Positions 1 to 10,327 of a DNA stretch of 64,000 nt are shown here, piece after piece. The notes below the pieces were generated by a model, which worked only from the letters and a program-made list of their open reading frames with translations, was not told the DNA's origin and searched no databases. The translations under genes were made by a program, and so were the position numbers. Position 1 is the stretch's first letter, and each line of letters starts with the position of its first letter. This stretch comes from an uncultured Campylobacterales bacterium. Its GTDB lineage: Bacteria > Campylobacterota > Campylobacteria > Campylobacterales > Sulfurimonadaceae. The stretch lies in the NCBI GenBank assembly GCA_965602745.1, contig CBFDAB010000001.1, positions 4,211-68,210 on the forward strand, in the 5' to 3' direction.

Positions 1-225
1 TAGAGCCCTCTGATGTAATAAAAATATTGAAGTCACTCTAATCTATCAAGCATGGATTAGAAGTTAAAATATTTTTTGATTCTAAATGTGAAGGGATTGA
101 AGAGGGATGCGCAAAATTATCTATTTTGACTCAGCCTGGTTTGATTGTTAAAACTTAAGAGTGAAACAGTTGTCTATATCTTTATAAAGGGTATAATTAC
201 TAAAAAATAAGTTAATAGATTAATT

Positions 226-711
226 ATGATACGAAAAGTTTTTAAAAAAAATAAATCTAGCCCTAAACTAGATGCTGTAATGAAAAAGTATAAGATTCCC
301 CGGGATCTTTTATCTATTAACAGAAAGATGGTCTCACGTGCCATTTTAGTGGGTCTATTCATTGCTATGATACCTATGCCTATGCAGATGCTAGCGGTGA
401 TTTTAATATCTCCATTTTTTCGTTTTAATGTTCCCATCGGTGTCTCGTTAGTCTGGATTACTAATCCCTTGACTATGCCTTTCATATATTATATTGAATA
501 TATGACCGGAAATTTTTTGTTAATGCAAGAGGGGGTGAATAATATGCAGATGAACCTAGACTGGTTTACAAATAATATTGGGGATATTTTCATTCCCTTA
601 TATGTCGGCACATTTTTTTATGCTACAATTTTTTCAATAGGCGGTTATTATCTTGTTAATTGGCTGTGGATTGCTTCGGTCAACAGAGCAAAGAAGAGTA
701 GAAAGAAATAA
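226..711 (+). CDS. DUF2062-family membrane protein
   Basis: 161-aa ORF with hydrophobic helices. The segment ...VWITNPLTMPFIYYIEY... resembles DUF2062 proteins. Assigned by family resemblance only. Confidence 0.55.
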   Translation: MIRKVFKKNKSSPKLDAVMKKYKIPRDLLSINRKMVSRAILVGLFIAMIPMPMQMLAVILISPFFRFNVPIGVSLVWITNPLTMPFIYYIEYMTGNFLLMQEGVNNMQMNLDWFTNNIGDIFIPLYVGTFFYATIFSIGGYYLVNWLWIASVNRAKKSRKK

Positions 712-722
712 TAAGTATTTTT

Positions 723-2090
723 TTATGAATTATCTCGTGATTTTAACCACTGCAGAGAACTCTTTTCGTCTTTTATCTTTCCATCAAGCTGAAGTTCATA
801 AGCTTCATCCAGTATCTTTTTAAACTCGACTCCCGCTTCCATTCCATTATCTATTAAGTGTCGGCCTTGTAAAATCGGCTTTGGTCTTTGCCTGCTTACT
901 TTAAGTTTTTTTGCCTTTGCCAGTAACCACTCTCCGGCAGGATAGACTCTCTTTTTGGCTTCAGTTGTGGTGCGTCCAAAATGATCTGCCTTAGATAGGA
1001 TAACAAGATCTTCTATGTTTACCTGTGTCGAGAGTCGTCTAACGGCAGTATCTTTTGACTTTTGTTTGTAAAGCTGAGAAGGCATTAGATGTGTTCTTAT
1101 AAGAGGCTCTATCTCTTGAAGAAGGGCTTTTTCATTGCTAAGTCTGCTTAGTAGAGAGATAGTTGGCTGAAGTGTGTTTTCGTGGCCAATAGAACTTATC
1201 TTACCATCAAGGATCTTTGTGCATTGGGCTTTTCCAAGATCATGGCAAAGTGTTGCCAGAAGAAGGGTCAGGTCACGTTTGTTATCTCCTGTTTTAAGTT
1301 TAGCCATAGCATCTAAACTCATAAGAGTATGGGTCCAAACATCTCCCTCCGGATGATAGGTCTCATCTTGTTTGATACCCTGAATTTCTTTAAGTTCAGG
1401 GAAAAGTGCACCTATCTCGTTCAAGAGTTCAAATCCTTGTGAGGGTTTGTCTGACTTTAAGAGAAGCTTCTTATACTCTTCAAAGATACGCTCTTTAGGA
1501 AGTTCTTCTAGCATCTTATCTTTGACCATGTTTTGACAGAGTTTTAAAGTGTTAGTATCGAGTGTGAAGTTAAAACGAGCCGCAAACTGGACTGCACGCA
1601 ATATACGCAGAGGGTCTTCAACAAAACTTTTATTATCTATATGTCGAATAAGGCAGTTTTTAATGTCTTCTCTACCGCCGTGGGGGTCTATAAAAGCACC
1701 TGTTTTAATATCATATCCTATGGCATTCATAGTAAAGTCACGACGTCTTGCAGCTGTATTAAAGTCTAGCTGTCCATTAGTCTGAATATGAAAGCCCTTA
1801 TGTCCCTTGTCTGTTTTTATCTCTGTTCGAGGAAGGGAGATATCAAGGTCATAACCTTCGAGTTTTATCTTTAAAACACCAAAGCTTTTACCGACTTCAT
1901 GTACAGGGGCCAGAACTTCAAGGGCAGTCTTTAGTTTATTTAGGGAGCTTATCCCATAAACCTCGATATCAATGTCCTTACTCTGTTTGTTTAAAAAGAA
2001 GTCACGCACATATCCACCGACGATAAAGGGACGGGCTCCTTGTTCTAAAAGTGTTTCCGAGAGTTTTATAATGGAAGAATGAAGTATCAT
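723..2090 (-). CDS. cca: CCA-adding tRNA nucleotidyltransferase with HD domain
   Basis: 455-aa ORF. It has the nucleotidyltransferase head motifs GGYVRD...DIDIEV and RRDFTMNA, and a downstream HD-type motif LCHDLGK. Confidence 0.8.
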   Translation of the reverse strand: MILHSSIIKLSETLLEQGARPFIVGGYVRDFFLNKQSKDIDIEVYGISSLNKLKTALEVLAPVHEVGKSFGVLKIKLEGYDLDISLPRTEIKTDKGHKGFHIQTNGQLDFNTAARRRDFTMNAIGYDIKTGAFIDPHGGREDIKNCLIRHIDNKSFVEDPLRILRAVQFAARFNFTLDTNTLKLCQNMVKDKMLEELPKERIFEEYKKLLLKSDKPSQGFELLNEIGALFPELKEIQGIKQDETYHPEGDVWTHTLMSLDAMAKLKTGDNKRDLTLLLATLCHDLGKAQCTKILDGKISSIGHENTLQPTISLLSRLSNEKALLQEIEPLIRTHLMPSQLYKQKSKDTAVRRLSTQVNIEDLVILSKADHFGRTTTEAKKRVYPAGEWLLAKAKKLKVSRQRPKPILQGRHLIDNGMEAGVEFKKILDEAYELQLDGKIKDEKSSLQWLKSRDNS

Positions 2091-2494
2091 AGAAGTCGTT
2101 TTAGTGCCTTTTCAAAAAGTTCTTCGCTTTCATCAAAGCTGTTGTCCGAGTTGAAAATATCGCTCATGCAAGAATAAAGTTCTTCATTTTTGATGATGAG
2201 GTTAAAGGCTTCTTGTCTGTCTTTTAACCAAGCTTGGTTATTTTCTTGATAAGAACCGAGTTTCATCTTCACATATTCCATCACATTTTCGACATCAACT
2301 TTATTGTCCATAAGGTTTAGAAGATATACAGAAGCACTTTTGAGCTCTTCTTCATATACTTTTTTATTCATATAGATAGCGACGGAAAGCAAAAGGGATA
2401 TGGCTTCTATTTTACGACCATAGTTGCGTGTTTTCCAATGTATGAAACATTTCTCTAGAAAAGAAGTGCTGTCTATAATAGTTTCTGTTGGCAA
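2087..2494 (-). CDS. hypothetical protein (135 aa)
   Basis: ORF with a TTG start. Its stop overlaps the cca start by 4 nt, which suggests an operon. No motif recognised. Confidence 0.4.
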   Translation of the reverse strand: MPTETIIDSTSFLEKCFIHWKTRNYGRKIEAISLLLSVAIYMNKKVYEEELKSASVYLLNLMDNKVDVENVMEYVKMKLGSYQENNQAWLKDRQEAFNLIIKNEELYSCMSDIFNSDNSFDESEELFEKALKRLL

Positions 2495-3164
2495 GATTAT
2501 CTCTTTTTCTTTATTTTATATATTGTACTGTAAATTGCATATTAATTTCTGAGTTTAGAATAAGTTTGAGATTTCAAGAATAAGAGTTACTTATTTAGTC
2601 AAATAACTTTTATTGATGACTTATAGTATGCTGAGGTCGGTATACCTACAGATATCGTATATGTATATGATAATTTAAAAGCAGGCTCTAATAATCATTC
2701 AGATGTATTTAGAACAGAAGTAGATGACTATAATTAAGGTTTAAAATAAGATTCATTGTATATATAGGCCTATTTTTGAGTATCTTACGTGGACAAGAAC
2801 TTTTTGCGAAACACCCATAGATGCGGTAAGATCTTATTCTTATGTAATGAACCATGGAGATATAGATCTTCTACAAAAGGTCATGGTAAAGTCTTCTATT
2901 GATATGACTATTAAGGTATGGGCTCTTTCTAAAGCACTGTAAGACAAATTTTTTTCACATACACTACAGCAGTATGGAAGAAGTACCCAAGCAGACCAAG
3001 AGATGAAAGGAGTGGCTAAAGAGAAGCTGTAAAACTTATTTCAGATCTTATACCAACATCTCTTGGCATAAGCCGACAGATGGTCAGTTATTAGAAGAAT
3101 AAGAGCTAAAGGTCGAAAAGGTATAATATTGTTATTGGTTTTAGCCTTGAGTATTAATTAGGAG

Positions 3165-3857
3165 TTGAATATAGAAAATATAACAATTATGGATGCGATT
3201 ACTAAACGTTCATCTAAGCGAAAATTTTTAAATAAGCCAGTGCCGAAAGATATACAAGAACAAATTCTTGTTGCGGCCGGAATGACACCATCTGGGGCAA
3301 ATATGCAACCATGGGTCGTGTATGCTATTTCAAACAAAGAAGTCTTAAAAAATATCGGTGATGATATTATTAAGCACATAGATGCAGGCGGGGATGTTGA
3401 TCAGTTTATCCAGTATTATCCTATCAACTGGATCAACCCTTACAAAAAACGTCGTATTACTACGGGAGCTGGTCTTTATAAGCACTTAGAGGTGGATAGA
3501 AAAGATGAACAGAAACGTAAAGAGCTATGGCATGATAATTATCGCTGGTTTGGCGCTGAGACAGTTTTCTTTATATGTACAGATAAATCACTTATAGATG
3601 GTGCTGAAGGTGCCCTGATCGATTGTGGTGCCTATATGCAAAGCATTATGCTTGCCGCTCAAGCCTTTGGTATCGACTCTTGTCCTCAAGGCTCAACGAC
3701 AGAATATGGTCGTATCATAGCCAAGACCTTAGATCTACCGGATAACTTAGCACTTTTGTATAGTGTTGTCTTAGGCTATGAAGATAAAGAAGCGGCACAA
3801 AACAGCTATCAGCCAGAAAGAGCACCTCTGGATGAAATAGTCACTTTTATTGATTAG
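3165..3857 (+). CDS. nitroreductase-family NAD(P)H oxidoreductase
   Basis: 230-aa ORF with the N-terminal pattern RRS-like ...KRKF...PSGANMQPW typical of the nitroreductase fold. The start is uncertain: TTG 3165 directly abuts AGGAG, and an alternative ATG lies at 3189. Confidence 0.7.
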   Translation: MNIENITIMDAITKRSSKRKFLNKPVPKDIQEQILVAAGMTPSGANMQPWVVYAISNKEVLKNIGDDIIKHIDAGGDVDQFIQYYPINWINPYKKRRITTGAGLYKHLEVDRKDEQKRKELWHDNYRWFGAETVFFICTDKSLIDGAEGALIDCGAYMQSIMLAAQAFGIDSCPQGSTTEYGRIIAKTLDLPDNLALLYSVVLGYEDKEAAQNSYQPERAPLDEIVTFID

Positions 3858-5842
3858 AGTCTGCTTCTTTCATAAAGGTTCTCAAAGTCCTTTGAAGAAA
3901 TAGGTTTAGAACAGACATAGCCTTGGTAAAAGTCACAGCCAAGGGTCTTTAAAAAATCGATCTGATCGTTACTCTCTACACCCTCTGCAACAACCTCCAG
4001 TCTAAGTGTTTGAGCCATTTTTACAATAGTCTCAACAAAAATAGCACCCTCACTGTTCTTATAATTATCCAGGAAGATCTTATCTATTTTTAGAATATCA
4101 AGAGGAAAATCCTTAAGATAGGAGAGTGAAGAGTAGCCTGTTCCGAAGTCATCAAGGGAGATCTGAAGGCCAAGCTTTTTGATACGATCAAAGGTCTTAT
4201 AGACAGAGATACTGTTATCTAAAAAGATATATTCAGTAATCTCAAGTGCTATCTGCGAGCTGTTTACCTGATACTTTTGCAGAAGACCTTCGAGGGTTTG
4301 AACAAAATCATCTTCCAAGACCTGCTTAGCCGCGACATTTATGGATAGCTTGATATCTATTCCTATATTTTCCCACTTTTTTTTCTGAGCTATTGCCGCT
4401 TCCAATATCCATTCTCCGAGTACAGTGATAAATCCATTTTGTTCCGCGATAGGGATAAATACATCAGGAGGTATCATCCCTCTGGTAGGGTCTTCCCATC
4501 TTATAAGGGCTTCGGCACCGATGATCTCGCCTGTGCTCACACTGTTTTGCGGTTGATAATAAAGGAGATACCTGTTCTCTTGCAGTGCCTCTTTCATAGT
4601 GTTGGTTAGAGTGATATATTCTTGAGTCTTGTCGTTTAGATCCTTGGTAAAAAAGCTGTATCCTTTTCGTCCCTTTTCTTTGGCTTCATACATAGCAATA
4701 TCTGCATGTTTCATAAGGGTCAAAAAATCCTCTCCGTCTTTGGGGTAGAGGGTAATCCCAATACTGCTCGTGATATTGATCGGAAAGGTCTGTATCTGCC
4801 AAGGTCTTGCCAAATGTTCCTGTATACGGTTAACGATCTCTATGAGTTCTATATTAGTGTTATATTGAGTCAGAACAATGACAAACTCATCTCCGCCTAT
4901 GCGGGCTACAACATCATTTGGACGTAATATCTCCTGGATGACATGGGCGACGTTTCTAAGAAGCTCATCACCTACATTATGTCCCAAAGAGTCATTAACT
5001 GATTTAAAATGATCAAGGTCCAAAAAGAGCAGGGCAAACTCTCTGTTGTTTCGTTTGCTCTCTGCGAGGATCTGTTCAACCCTCTCTTCCAAATGATTTC
5101 TATTCGCCAGACCGCTTAGAGAGTCTGTTCTAGCAAGAGTATAGAGCTCGAGTTTCTCTTGCTCGAGCCGGTCAAATGTCTGTACCATCGAAGCACGAAT
5201 GTATTCAATCTCGCTGATGAAAAACTTTTTAGGTACATTGGCGTGATAATAAGCGTACCGGCGCAGTTTTTCTAAGGGTTTGGAAATGATCTTATGGATA
5301 ATAATTGCAAGAAGAAGCAAAATGGTTATAGGCAGTATTACAAAGAGAAGCATAAGTTTTTCTCTCATCTGGACGAAACTGTTTTCAACAAACTTATGGT
5401 CAATAAAAAGAACAAGACTGTAGTTTTTAAACTCTTTTCCCTCATAATAATGAATACTCTCCTCCAGACCTATTCCCTTAGTCAAGCTTGTATACATATC
5501 CTTGCCTGTATCGATAAAAAGTTCAATGGAACTGGGTGCTTTTGAGAAGGCCGGGTCTGTTGTAACCAGAAGCTTTTTATCGTCAAAGACGGCAATGGCA
5601 CGAATATAGTCATTGGTGGCTGCTTTTCGATCAAGAAGGGCGCGGGAAGTAAAGATGGATTCTCGCGTGATGTGTCTGGAGAGGAGATAGGTGAGTTCTG
5701 AAAGGTCATTTTGCATACTGTGCATGATGACGCTTGCTGTCTGCTCCTGCTGCTCAAAATAGTATTTTGCAAAAAGAGCATACATGCTCAGGGTAAAGAT
5801 CAAAAAGACCGTTGTAGTGAACTGTTTGATACTCAGTGTCAT
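3854..5842 (-). CDS. membrane sensor diguanylate cyclase/phosphodiesterase (GGDEF-EAL)
   Basis: 662 aa with two TM segments flanking a periplasmic region of about 150 aa. The GGDEF motif is intact (RIGGDEFVIV) with an RxxD I-site (RPND) just upstream. The EAL motifs are intact (EALIRW, DDFGTGYSSLSYL, EGVE). Confidence 0.9.
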   Translation of the reverse strand: MTLSIKQFTTTVFLIFTLSMYALFAKYYFEQQEQTASVIMHSMQNDLSELTYLLSRHITRESIFTSRALLDRKAATNDYIRAIAVFDDKKLLVTTDPAFSKAPSSIELFIDTGKDMYTSLTKGIGLEESIHYYEGKEFKNYSLVLFIDHKFVENSFVQMREKLMLLFVILPITILLLLAIIIHKIISKPLEKLRRYAYYHANVPKKFFISEIEYIRASMVQTFDRLEQEKLELYTLARTDSLSGLANRNHLEERVEQILAESKRNNREFALLFLDLDHFKSVNDSLGHNVGDELLRNVAHVIQEILRPNDVVARIGGDEFVIVLTQYNTNIELIEIVNRIQEHLARPWQIQTFPINITSSIGITLYPKDGEDFLTLMKHADIAMYEAKEKGRKGYSFFTKDLNDKTQEYITLTNTMKEALQENRYLLYYQPQNSVSTGEIIGAEALIRWEDPTRGMIPPDVFIPIAEQNGFITVLGEWILEAAIAQKKKWENIGIDIKLSINVAAKQVLEDDFVQTLEGLLQKYQVNSSQIALEITEYIFLDNSISVYKTFDRIKKLGLQISLDDFGTGYSSLSYLKDFPLDILKIDKIFLDNYKNSEGAIFVETIVKMAQTLRLEVVAEGVESNDQIDFLKTLGCDFYQGYVCSKPISSKDFENLYERSRL

Positions 5843-6720
5843 AAAAGGTCTTTTGTTGGAAATGAAGCCTTATGCATACGTTCAGCCAAATCTTCTGAGA
5901 GATTTATATTGATCCATTCTATATCGTTTAAACCGTTTACAAATTCCTCATAGCTCAATTCGTTCATATAAGACTGTATTGTCATATAAAACTCTTTAGG
6001 ATCTTTATTCAGTGCAAGTATCGCCTTGTCTGTTAAGGCTTTAAGCTGAGTAAACTGCTCCTTGTGTAGGAGTAGTGTCTCTTTTGTAGTATAGAGGGCA
6101 TCTACAACAAAGAGGTCTAATCCACTCTTTGTTGAGAGTATCTCTTTAAATCCACTTTCTTCTAAAGGAGTATTGTAGGGAATATAAGTGACAATGACAC
6201 GCAGTTTGTCCGGCGTGTCGTTTTTTAGTGCTGCAATCGATATCTGGTCTCTGTTGATATAGTTTATTCTGCTTTCATCGATCTTATACTTTACAATAAA
6301 GTCATTTAAGAGAGTAAAGTTGATGGAATCCATCTCCAGGTAAGCATCAATCTTTTCACTGCTATATTGAAGTTCTTCGATAGAAGCATTGCTCATGATG
6401 ATGTCGCCGCCATTGGAACGGTCAAAGAGCATTATCGGGATGAGGTTAGGCATTCTATCTTTAAGCACATTATGTTCATATTGGGTACCGCAGTAGGCGT
6501 CAGAACTGCCTGCCTTGTAAAGGTACATGTTTTCACTTAAGGAGACAACATTGATCAGTCTTATATTGATCTCTTTGAGCCACCCTTTCTCTTTCGCATA
6601 ATACAGAGGTGTATAGCCTATCCAGGTCGTTGCAGATATTTTCAGAGGTTCTTGAGAAGGTGAAGAGCAAGAGCTAAGTACCAAAAGAATAAGGATAAAT
6701 AGACTAAGTGTTTTTTTCAT
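5839..6720 (-). CDS. periplasmic solute-binding-like lipoprotein (NMT1/TauA-like)
   Basis: 293 aa with a lipobox (LSSCSS). Its stop overlaps the GGDEF-EAL start by 4 nt. General resemblance to NitT/TauT-type binding proteins. Confidence 0.5.
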   Translation of the reverse strand: MKKTLSLFILILLVLSSCSSPSQEPLKISATTWIGYTPLYYAKEKGWLKEINIRLINVVSLSENMYLYKAGSSDAYCGTQYEHNVLKDRMPNLIPIMLFDRSNGGDIIMSNASIEELQYSSEKIDAYLEMDSINFTLLNDFIVKYKIDESRINYINRDQISIAALKNDTPDKLRVIVTYIPYNTPLEESGFKEILSTKSGLDLFVVDALYTTKETLLLHKEQFTQLKALTDKAILALNKDPKEFYMTIQSYMNELSYEEFVNGLNDIEWININLSEDLAERMHKASFPTKDLL

Positions 6721-6790
6721 TAGAGATCCTTGAAATCTACATATATATTAATCATATATAACTTAAAACATTTTTTGTTTGATATTTATA

Positions 6791-8617
6791 CTATATTTTT
6801 GTTCTGTCCTTAAGAAATAAGTTCTGTGAAGGCAGGGCAAACTCTACCTTATGCTTTCTCAATATCTCCCAGATCGTATACAAGAGCTCCTCTTTTACCT
6901 TGTACCACTCTTCTCGGTTTGTCGTTCTGGTAAAGGTCTGGACTAAGATAGTGAGATGTGAACTATCAAACTTGTCCAGATAGACGAACCGGTCTTTTTT
7001 TAGTCCAAGAAGGTGTCTGGCCGAGACAAAGGCTTCAGCTGCCAAATGATTTTCATATTCTACGATGTCATCATTTTGCACGAGATCAGGATGCAAAGAG
7101 ATCATGTGTCTAATCTCCTCAATAACATCTTTTAGCTTTTGAGGATCGGTCGTGTAGGGCACAGCAATGTTTGTCTTTATCTCTTTTCCCAACAGACGCT
7201 TGCTCCAGTTAACGACGGGTTTTAAAGCGGCTTCTGCATTGGGCATGATGATAAGCGAGTTGTCAAAGGCGCGTATCTGTGTTGAGCGAAGTCCAACCTT
7301 TACAACCTCTCCTTCGAGTGTGCCTATACTTATAAAATCTCCTTGAGAAAAGGTGTTGTCAAGCAGAAGGTTTAAAGAGCCAAAGAAGTTGGCAATGCTA
7401 TCCTTGGCGGCAAGCGCGATACCTATACCGAAGATACCCAAAGAAGTAAGAACCGTCTGCAGGCTTACGCCCATCTTGTTTAGGAAAAATACGAAACCGG
7501 CAATTGCGAGCATACTTTTTAACATATCGATAGAGAGCGAGATGAGGGCCTTTTCGTTTTGACTGCTCTGCTTCGTCTCAAAATATCCAATGACAAGATA
7601 GGCAATAAATTCCATGGATAGATATGAGATGGAGAGTATGTAAGCAAAGATGATAAATGATGCTCCGAACCCGCTTGGCTGAAGCGGATACATGAGAGTA
7701 AGGACAAAATAGTCCAAGGCTGTCACAAGGAGTAAGATGCGTATTGGCTGAAGGAGCTTTTTATTTTGATAATATTTAAAGTTTAAAAGTTCAAAATTTA
7801 AAATCCATTTGGATAATATAAGACTGAGAACCAAAAGGATAAAGGTGATCACAAAGGAGACAAGTTTACCGCTGTTGAGGTATAAAAAACTTATTTTTTT
7901 ATTCAGCCATCGCGCAGATGTGTAGGCGTTAACAGAGCTTATGATGTCATCATAGTTTATGAGTGTAAAGATAGTAATTTGCGTAAGAAGCTTTGGGTTT
8001 TGTATGGTGTATTCAAGAAGTTTGTTGCAGGTCTCGGAGATGGTAATATAAGCCTTGAAATTCTCTTTAGCTGCCTCAGCCAGAGGGTTTTTATCTTTGA
8101 GAATACTTTTATAGATCTCGGTAAATTTCTCCTTATCGACAGCAGGATGTTCTTCGCGCTGTGATATGGCAAAATCTTTTATCTCGTTTGAATTTGCATA
8201 AGATTGGACCATATAAGACAAGGAGAGGATATAGTCGTTAAGAAACTGCATCTGCTCAAGGTAGCCTAAGGCGATCTCATCTCGCTTGACAGCAAAGTCA
8301 TTTCCTTGTTTGAGGTTGATTGAAATACGGCTCTTAAGAAAAAACACACGCTCTTGAAAGGCTTCTTGGATGATAAATCCATCTGAGTAGGGGTCTTCTT
8401 TAATGGAAAGCAAGATATTTTGGAGAAAATCCTGGTTCTCTTCTAATACTTTTTGCACAGCTTCATCGCTATAGAGGGCATCCTGATCAAAGGCCTGAAC
8501 CTGGATTTTATGCACATTTTGAATAGAGTCCAAGAGGGGAGTGGGTTTGACAAGATGACTGATATCATAAGAAAATAGCTGGGATATAAAAATGAGAAGA
8601 AGAAAAGACAGTCGCAT
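6791..8617 (-). CDS. mechanosensitive ion channel family protein (MscS-like, large N-terminal domain)
   Basis: 608 aa with a signal peptide and multiple TM helices. The MscS core signature is present: ...NFFGSLNLLLDNTFSQGDFISIG..EGEVVKVGLRSTQIRAFDNSLIIMPN. Confidence 0.8.
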   Translation of the reverse strand: MRLSFLLLIFISQLFSYDISHLVKPTPLLDSIQNVHKIQVQAFDQDALYSDEAVQKVLEENQDFLQNILLSIKEDPYSDGFIIQEAFQERVFFLKSRISINLKQGNDFAVKRDEIALGYLEQMQFLNDYILSLSYMVQSYANSNEIKDFAISQREEHPAVDKEKFTEIYKSILKDKNPLAEAAKENFKAYITISETCNKLLEYTIQNPKLLTQITIFTLINYDDIISSVNAYTSARWLNKKISFLYLNSGKLVSFVITFILLVLSLILSKWILNFELLNFKYYQNKKLLQPIRILLLVTALDYFVLTLMYPLQPSGFGASFIIFAYILSISYLSMEFIAYLVIGYFETKQSSQNEKALISLSIDMLKSMLAIAGFVFFLNKMGVSLQTVLTSLGIFGIGIALAAKDSIANFFGSLNLLLDNTFSQGDFISIGTLEGEVVKVGLRSTQIRAFDNSLIIMPNAEAALKPVVNWSKRLLGKEIKTNIAVPYTTDPQKLKDVIEEIRHMISLHPDLVQNDDIVEYENHLAAEAFVSARHLLGLKKDRFVYLDKFDSSHLTILVQTFTRTTNREEWYKVKEELLYTIWEILRKHKVEFALPSQNLFLKDRTKI

Positions 8618-8693
8618 ATAAACCTCACTATAACAGATAAGTTGAGGATATTATAACGTAGAGAAAGAAATAAAAAATTTCTTTAAAGTTATA

Positions 8694-9479
8694 TCAACCG
8701 AATTTACCGGTGATATACTCTTCTGTCAGTTTTTCTGAGGGTGTGACAAACAGGTCTTCTGTTTTTCCCAGTTCAACTAGGTCGCCAAGATACATAAATC
8801 CAGTATAGTCAGACACACGTGCGGCTTGTTGCATATTATGCGTAACGATAAGAATAGATACCTTCTCTTTTAGCTCAATGATAAGCTTTTCAATTCCCTG
8901 GGTCGAGATAGGATCAAGAGCTGAGGTCGGCTCATCAAAAAGAAGGACTTCAGGTTCAACGGCAATCGCTCTGGCAATACAAAGACGCTGTTGCTGACCG
9001 CCTGAAAGACCGTTTGCATCATCTTTAAGACGGTTTTGAGTCTCTTTCCAGATAGCTGCATCTTGAAGGGCTTTTTCAACACGATCCTTAAGTTCCGTCT
9101 TGTTTTTGATACCTTTCAATCGCATACCGTAAGCAACATTATCAAAGATACTCATTGGAAAGGCTGTCGGCTTTTGAAATATCATTCCGATTTGTGTACG
9201 AAGTTTGATCATATCTTCTTTTTCATCAAGGATATTACGGCCTTCAAACATGATCTCGCCACTGTAGGTATTTCCGGGATAAAGATCATGCATACGGTTA
9301 AATGAACGAAGAAGGGTCGTCTTCCCACAACCTGAGGGTCCGATAAGTGCCGTTACCTTGTTCTTTGCTATAGGCATAGAAATATTCTTAAGGTTAGGCT
9401 CATTTACGCCGGCATAGGTAAACTCAAAGTTGTTGACTTGAATTGCTTTTTCTTCTGGGATATCAATAATAGTTGCCAT
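8694..9479 (-). CDS. pstB: phosphate ABC transporter ATP-binding protein
   Basis: 261 aa with Walker [10 protein letters not shown], the signature LSGGQQQRL and Walker B LLFDEP. It is the last gene of a pstCAB array. Confidence 0.95.
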   Translation of the reverse strand: MATIIDIPEEKAIQVNNFEFTYAGVNEPNLKNISMPIAKNKVTALIGPSGCGKTTLLRSFNRMHDLYPGNTYSGEIMFEGRNILDEKEDMIKLRTQIGMIFQKPTAFPMSIFDNVAYGMRLKGIKNKTELKDRVEKALQDAAIWKETQNRLKDDANGLSGGQQQRLCIARAIAVEPEVLLFDEPTSALDPISTQGIEKLIIELKEKVSILIVTHNMQQAARVSDYTGFMYLGDLVELGKTEDLFVTPSEKLTEEYITGKFG

Positions 9480-9481
9480 GA

Positions 9482-10327
9482 TTATTTTCTCTTTCTTTTG
9501 ATTAATAATACTCTACCTAGTATATTTAGAGTAAGGATGAACATTGATAAGATGAAAGCTGCAGCCCATCCTAGTTTCTGCCAGTCTTCATATGGACTGG
9601 TGGCATAATTAAACATGGTCACTGTCAGTGAAGCTATTGGCTCACTCAGATCTGTGTTTAAGAAGTTGTCATTAAAAGAGGTAAACAGAAGGGGAGCTGT
9701 TTCTCCTGAAACTCTGGCAACACCCAGTAGTACACCTGTTAAGATACCTGTCTTTGCTCCGCGAAGCACGACTTGCATGATAACCTTGTACTTTGGTGCG
9801 CCCAAGGCAAAGGCAGCTTCTCTTAGTGTCGTAGGGACAAGCTGAAGCATATCATCTGTTGTACGCAAGATAATAGGTATCATGATGATAGTCAGAGCGA
9901 TAATCCCCGCCCAACCGCTGAAGTGTCCAAAAGGAGCAACAAAGATAGCATATACAAATGAACCGATGACTATAGAAGGTGCAGACATCATAATATCTGA
10001 GATATCACGAATCACATTAGCAAGTTTTGACTTCAGTCCGCCATACTCGCTTAGGTAAGTCCCGGCTAATATACCTAGAGGTACACCGATAATGGTCGAA
10101 ACACCGATCAACATAGCCTGACCGATAAGTGCGTGCTTAAGTCCACTCTCTTCATATCCCGGAGGGGCACCTTCAAAAATGAAGATATTCCAGTTGATAG
10201 CATCAATACCGTTAATGACAAGAACGGAGAGTATCCATAACAAAAAGGCGATACCGATAGCAGCTGAAAGACTTGAAAGTGCCATAACGACCTTATTTAC
10301 AATGATACGTTTTTCAGTATGTGTCAT
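9482..10327 (-). CDS. pstA: phosphate ABC transporter permease PstA
   Basis: 281-aa polytopic permease with an EAA-like loop ([11 protein letters not shown]). It lies between pstC and pstB and overlaps pstC by 4 nt. Confidence 0.9.
   Translation of the reverse strand: MTHTEKRIIVNKVVMALSSLSAAIGIAFLLWILSVLVINGIDAINWNIFIFEGAPPGYEESGLKHALIGQAMLIGVSTIIGVPLGILAGTYLSEYGGLKSKLANVIRDISDIMMSAPSIVIGSFVYAIFVAPFGHFSGWAGIIALTIIMIPIILRTTDDMLQLVPTTLREAAFALGAPKYKVIMQVVLRGAKTGILTGVLLGVARVSGETAPLLFTSFNDNFLNTDLSEPIASLTVTMFNYATSPYEDWQKLGWAAAFILSMFILTLNILGRVLLIKRKRK

Noticed and set aside
42-158. Open frame at the window edge reading ...SIKHGLEVKIFFDSKCEGIEEGCAKLSILTQPGLIVKT*
   Set aside because: It is preceded by an in-frame TAA at 39-41 and has no start codon, so it cannot be called as a CDS. 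It might be the tail of a frameshifted upstream gene, but the window begins too late to judge.
174-485. 103-codon minus-strand ORF overlapping the DUF2062 gene
   Set aside because: It overlaps a better-supported plus-strand gene and has no recognisable features or plausible RBS context.
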